Source: Eledone cirrhosa
Taxonomy: Eukaryota
DNA: 64,000 nt
Direction of reading: 5' to 3'
NCBI GenBank assembly: GCA_964016885.1
Contig: OZ024745.1
Span: 96,348,001 to 96,412,000, forward strand
The stretch's first letter is position 1; each line of letters begins with the position of its first letter. Shown here in pieces: positions 56,029 to 64,000 of the stretch. Under the pieces are notes generated by a model, which worked only from the letters and a program-made list of their open reading frames with translations, searched no databases and was not told the origin of the DNA. The position numbers were made by a program, and so were the translations under genes.

Positions 56029-56160
56029 CTAGCAGAATGGCATGGCGTTGCTCGAGATTTGCTCTAGGGTTCTTATATTTGATATATATTTATCCTTATC
56101 GAGCCTCATGAAATAAATACGTTTGTTTATATTTTGTTATTGCGTACACGAATACATAAT
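56029..56160 (-). mobile_element. Helitron-like 3' terminus
   Basis: Minus strand ...GAGCAACGCC..TTCTG-CTAG|T; homologous to 43552-43699. Confidence 0.6.
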
Positions 56161-56491
56161 TATATATATATAGTAGTAGAGGCTCTATTTCTTCTCACTG
56201 TTTCGTTATTTCTTCTACAAGTGTTATCCACCTCCATCACGGATGCCATTCTAACTTCATTGAATCACCACCAAATCCTGCACTAAACATTTTTCTCAAT
56301 CACGTTCTTTCATGCCGACATCTACCTAAACCTACGGGAATTCAAGTTAAACATTAGCACGATCGATCTTTCATGCCTTTCCTCTAAAATTTGGTAACAC
56401 AAGTGAGATAATTCTAGCCAGAAATCGAAACCAAATCTCAAATTTCACTTACCCAGATCTTACCTTCTCTCTTCGGTGATCTGCTATAACA

Positions 56492-56730
56492 TCTATATAG
56501 CTAAAACAGAGAATGTCTGTCTGGCTGCCTGTCTGTCAGACTCCCTAGAACTCGAGAACCACCCAACCGATTGTTTTCAAACTTCACACACGTAATACTT
56601 ATGGTCATGTGAGTGTTTTGAGCAAAAAATATTTTCAATGCCCTAGAGACCGCATTAGGCGATTTAGCGATCTCTCTCTATAATTCTTAGTCTTTCTTTT
56701 TAGATAGATACATAGATATAACGTTGCGCC
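56492..56730 (+). mobile_element. Helitron-like 5' terminus
   Basis: A|TCTATATAGCTAAAA...(GTCT)n...AACCGATT..TTCAAACTT, typical of non-autonomous animal Helitron 5' ends. Confidence 0.55.
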
Positions 56731-56839
56731 CTTTTAATATCTGCATGTATGTGTATATATATGTATATATATAGTGTGTGTGTATATATATATATATATA
56801 GTGTGTGTAACGTTTTTCAAAATATTTACTTCTGCGTTC

Positions 56840-56915
56840 ACAGATTGATTTTTTTAGTTTCAGAAGATCCCGTTAAGGGTGAAAGCAGCGATTCTTTGCT
56901 TAAACTTTAATCTGT
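56840..56915 (+). ncRNA. Extended type I hammerhead with CAGAAGA core, second copy
   Basis: Stems and core identical to 4787-4862; differences are confined to the stem I internal loop and the stem III loop. Confidence 0.7.
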
Positions 56916-56954
56916 TATTTTAATAAAAAGACCCACACTAATGTAATAAATTCA

Positions 56955-58390
56955 TAATATGATCGGCTTGTCTCCCCACAGCCCTGGCGGCCAGAACGGA
57001 GAAGGCGTTTCCCGGAGGACGGCAAGGGAGACGCGCTGGAAAAGCCACTCCAACTCGCGGGGCTCACACCTGCGGCTGTCCAGCTCAGCACCTATAGTGG
57101 TGAGTAGGGAGGTAGCCCTAGGGCCAAGGACACCAGAAGTCTCCACTACCAAGGGTACAACCACAAACCTGTCACAGAGCGACCGGTATTTGAGGAGTTT
57201 GGCCTCCTCAGCCCGTCGTGCAGCAGAAGCTGGGTTAGTCGCAGACTGCACCATATTGCGGCTGCAGAAAGTGTCGGTGCAAGTGGCATCCCAGACGAGG
57301 GGCTTGTCACCGCGGAACGAAAAGTTGGTCATGTCATCTGGCCTTTTGCCGTCCCCTCGGTCCAGCCCCACCGGCTCGAGCTGGGAAGGGAACCCAGCAG
57401 CGTCCAAGCCATGCTTCATGACCTCGTTGAGGGCAGCATGGCGTGGAAGGCGGCTGGCACTGTGGCGACAGGAAAGCGGGTGGAGGCCGAAAGAGACCAT
57501 GGTGGATCCGCAGCGACATTGGTGTGGCTCGCAGATCCGGAGTCCGAGCCTCAAGGAAACGCCGTTGCGCCACTAGCTGTGTGCCAGTGGAGAAAGAGGG
57601 CAGGGAATGGAGCCAGACACCACTGTGGGGTTTGGAGGCCGCACGAAAACAGGCAAGGCGGTGCTGGTCGAGTTGGCGCGTGAGCCTGTCTGAAGCCAGG
57701 CTGCACTGGATGGCATCCCAAGTGCTTTGGGGGGACTTGACGTCAGCAGGGGCAGGAGGAGGAACGTCTACCTGGCTAAGTCCCAACCGGTCCCACGTCT
57801 CACAGGCGGCCTCACGTTCTCTGAACACAGAGGGTTCTATTGTGTTTTGAAGAACCCTGCTGACGAGGACGCGGCATAAGGTTACCGACGAAAGAAATGC
57901 CGGCAAAGCCAGTGAGATCGGAGACCGGAAGCCAAGGCCGCCATACCTGACAGATAAAGTGGCCTGTTGCCATCCAATGTCGTTAAACTTGACGTTGAAC
58001 ATCTCCTCGGCTGTTGCTCGGATAAAAGTATCAAGGTCAGTGAGGAGAGATGCGTGGGTGTAGCACGGAGCGCTTCGAAGGGTATAGAGGAGCTTCGGCA
58101 TGGCGAAGCAGTTTCTCAACAGAAAGAGAGCTGGGTGGCTGTCGATCAGGCCCAGTCGGCTAGTGAGAGTTTGGAGTTGTTGAAGCTTGGACCTAATGGT
58201 GAAGCGGACGGCCGGCGGGTGGATCGGTGACTCGAGGATGAGGACATCCTCTTTGGGGGTCACATGTACCTGGAGGAGAATGGACGGCACGTGGCTGACA
58301 TTCACCATCTCCGACTTGGCCGAGTTGACCTGGAGGCCGATTCCCGCCAAGGCAGGAACCACCGATTGTAGGTCATGGCAGACCTGTTTG
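56955..58390 (-). mobile_element. CRE-like non-LTR retrotransposon, longest copy (RT C-terminal/thumb + zinc knuckle + RLE)
   Basis: IGLQVNSAKSE, LLRNCFAMPKLLYTLR, WQQATLSVRYGGLG, SGVWLH; frameshift to LRLG..CRCG..GDGKRPD..WDATC..KLLKY; 5' end truncated near (CT)n. Confidence 0.9.
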
Positions 58391-58469
58391 TGTGGCTATT
58401 TATGAGTGAGTATTTTGAACAATACACTGTTATAAAGAATGGTAATTCAATATTCATAACATTTTCTCG

Positions 58470-58640
<171 letters not shown>

Positions 58641-59557
58641 CTTCCTTATTTGGTGCTGTATCCTGACAGTTGAAACCACCGTAAACCTAGTAAACATGGT
58701 TTAATGAAACAAATATAGTAAGAGATAGCAATCTTTGATTACAATCAAGGTTATCATCTATCAATCGCCACAGGAATCTTTCAATAAGATAATAAACATA
58801 GCATAAAGTTTATCATCTGGAGTATACATTTGTTATAAGTTACATATAGCAACAGGATGGTTAGATGTAACATTAATATTACAATCTATAATGTAAACTG
58901 AGTTGCTTGTTACACAAATTCTGCTGTCTATCTGAAAGCATAGATTGTAAAACCGAAACGATTCTTAACGGTGAGCTGTGATATCAACCGTTAGTGTCCT
59001 CTTCTTCCGTCTACGACAATATGTTTGTGACCAGAGGACTCAAATCTCAACTGGACTTGTCCAGTTAGCAATGGAGTGTAAAATTGTTGACAGCAATAGA
59101 GTGTAAAACTGACAAATATTGTGTTAGACTGTAGAACTGAGTTAAATTTCTTCCATAGGTCAGAAGGAGCTATTCCCATTCTCAGATTTAGACCAGAGTT
59201 CTCCAACAATATCATCTCACCATCCTGCTATTAGATTTAGGCCGTGTGTAATGTTTGGTGTGGGTGTGCAACAATCCAAGCCACATAAAAATTATTTGCA
59301 TACACAAAGTAGTGCTCCAGCAGGATCTTGGTAGTGATGGTTAAAACCAACTAAGGAACAGACAAGTATCTACCATCAGGTGGTCATCTTGCTAGGCTAC
59401 AATAGATGCCTACAATTTTAGCACAGGCCATGTAACTGTAAACCTGCACACAAGTCTCTCTGTCTAACGAAAGGCTTTTAAAGGTCACTCGACTTGTTGA
59501 TCTGGGGCTAAATAATGATAACACCAGCTCTGTGTTTTTAACTGTATGTAGTGGAGT

Positions 59558-59776
59558 TTGGAGCTAAATAATAATTGTTTCTACTTTAGGCACAAGGCCA
59601 ACAATTACCCAGTGCATTACTGGTACTTTATTTTATCGACCCCGTAAGGATGAAAGGCAAAGTCAACCTCGGCGGGATTTGAACTCAGATCGTAAAGGGA
59701 CGTAACTATGCTGGAAAGCATGGCGTCCGACCCTCTACCGATACTGCCAATCCACCTCTTGGAGCTAAATAATAAT
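59558..59776 (-). mobile_element. Young SINE-A with 18-bp TSD TTGGAGCTAAATAATAAT
   Basis: TSD at 59558-59575 and 59759-59776. Confidence 0.9.
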
Positions 59777-60759
59777 ATTGTATAACATTACGTCTAGACA
59801 GAGAGATCGACGGTTCGTGTCCTGTAGCATGTAATGCAATATGTCTGTGGCTAGAGAACTATAATCTCAACTAGACATGACTATTTAGTTATAAATATAT
59901 AATACAGTATTGAAATATCTTGCTGTTGTCGACAGCAATATAGTATAAACGTGACAAATAGTGCGTTAGTCTGTAGAACTGAGTGAAACGTCTGTTTCCA
60001 ATTGTTTGTAGTGTAGTTTATTTTGTTGCAAATATTCCAATCAAATTGCCGATTTCCTCTTCGACCATGTTTTATTTTTTGCTGTCTTTGATGTATAGAG
60101 GTTCAGTTTAGGAAATGACTGCATCAATCTTACACTAACGTATTGATCATGTTTTTCTTGCTGTCATTGACCTATAGCTGTTCATCTTGGGCAATAGCCG
60201 CATCAGACCTGTATCAATTTATAAAATAAACGCTAAACGCTACTGTTGATAAAACAACTCCTCTCATATGAATATATAGCTTGCTCACTGAACATAAACT
60301 CTAACTGTAGAATATATCAACAAATGAAATCAATCATTTTAAGCGAATTTAATATGCAATCAAATGGATTTTAATAACTCTAGAGTTTTTCAAATTTAGT
60401 TCAATGATTTATTACACAGTATATATTATATTTCTAACACATTTTTATATATTCATATTATTGGACATTATACAATATCATATATTATATAATTTTCCTA
60501 GTATCATTCAATAGCCGTATTCTATTCTTGACATTGTTTGAATTTTAATACAAATATATTTCTATTCAAGAAATATATTTTGAACCGCTATTAAATATTA
60601 ATTTGATTTCTGAGTGAAAATCTTTATTTAAAGAATGCCTGCTTTATTAAGAATTTATTCCCCTTAAGAAACAACAGATTCTATTTATCGACTTACATTC
60701 CAATCTCCTATAAATCTGTCTGAGAAATCATCAACATAGTTGTATAGCTAGGCATTGAG

Positions 60760-60905
60760 TAAACCTCTGTCGATATTAACATGTAACAGCCTGCTCATGA
60801 AATTAATATGTAAGTGGCTGAGTGTTCCGCAGATATGTACACCCTTATTCTCAGGGAAATTCATCGTGACAGTGTGTGACAAAGCTGGTCTTTGAATTAC
60901 AGGTA
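60760..60905 (-). mobile_element. SINE-B 3' half
   Basis: AACAGCCTGCTCATGAAATTAA..AAGTGGCTGAG..TTCTCAGGGA..TTTGAATTACAGGTA. Confidence 0.7.
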
Positions 60906-61094
60906 GAGTCCATCTGACGCACCTTCAAATAGTTTTCGGCTACTCAATTTCATTCACAATGCATGGAAAGACTCGAGGCTATCTTAAATGATACATACCC
61001 CACAATGAGATCGAAGTGGGGGACCTAAGATTGTAAAACAATAACTACCCGGCTATTGCCGCGTCCACATCGATTCTACCAAGCCATAAGAAAA

Positions 61095-61710
61095 TATTGA
61101 CTTCTAATTTAGGCTCAAGGCCAGCAAAATTGGGAAAACGGCAAAGTTGATTAAAACAACCCCAGTACTTGTCTAGTACTTTAATTTAACGACCTCGGAA
61201 GTATTAAAGGCAACGTTGACCTCGGCGGAATTCGGACTTGGAATGTTAAGAACCAGAAAAATAACTGTTTCTACTTTTGGCAAAAGGCCAACAATTATCC
61301 CAGTGCATTACTGGTACTTTATTTTACCGACCCCGTACTGATGAAAGGCAAAGTTAACCTCAGCGGGATTTGAACTCAGAACGTAAAAGGCCGTAACTCT
61401 ATGCTGCAAAGCATGGCATCCGACCCTCTACCGGTACTGACAACCCACCGCCCTACTTTAGCTCATATAATGTTAATTGTTTTTACTTTTGGCACAACCC
61501 CAGTACTTGTCTTGTAATTTAATTTATCGACCTCGGAAGAATCAAAGACAAAGTTAACCTCGGTGGGATTTGAACTCAGATCATAAAGGGCCGTAAGTCT
61601 ACGTTGCAAAGCATGGCGTCTGATCCTCTACCGATACTGCCAATCCACCGCCCTGAACCAGAAAAATAACGCAATGGCTTTTTATCGGATACTCTACCAA
61701 TTCTCATAAT
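61095..61710 (-). mobile_element. Old SINE-A split by a SINE-A dimer with a 16-bp TSD
   Basis: GAACCAGAAAAATAAC at 61250-61265 and 61655-61670. Confidence 0.8.
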
Positions 61711-61829
61711 CCAATAACTTCATCTACAAGACAATATCGTTAAGTGGAATGTGTAAACTGATTTTATTCAAGAAAAAAATGTTATCAAAAACTAAAAATC
61801 AAGCAAATGAAAAAATTTGATTATTGCAC

Positions 61830-63832
<2,003 letters not shown>

Positions 63833-64000
63833 TCGTATGTGTGTTTGTGCGTGTGTTGATGTGTTGATGCATATATCTTATTAGCATCTTTTGTACATTA
63901 AACATGATATTAACATTATTAAATATTGCCAATAAAATATTTAATTCAATAAATATTCTCAATAATCAAAAATTTATAAAAAAGTCCAGAAAAGAAAGTA

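Overview
AT-rich, repeat-saturated animal genomic DNA with no convincing host protein-coding exon. The SINE families and microsatellite load resemble Octopus/cephalopod genomes (my recognition, not a database result). Nearly all listed ORFs are translations of simple repeats. The real coding remnants are retrotransposon fragments: RTE, Tx1/L1, CRE-like, R4/Dong, CR1/L2-like and Penelope-like (PLE) GIY-YIG. Also present are two tRNA-derived SINE families, Helitron and hAT ends, a 7.3-kb 15-bp satellite with higher-order structure and several long fold-back inverted repeats. The main hidden signal is non-coding: about 16 type I hammerhead ribozyme (HHR) motifs, intact or eroded, from many unrelated (TA)n-embedded PLE-pLTR/retrozyme-like elements. 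Nine lie in the first 6.4 kb. Several have non-canonical cores (U3-A8 covariant UUGAUAA, CAGAAGA, CAGUUGA, CCGAGGA), family-specific palindromic stem III, or a very long stem II. All folds were done by eye, none has been tested for activity, and repeat boundaries are approximate.
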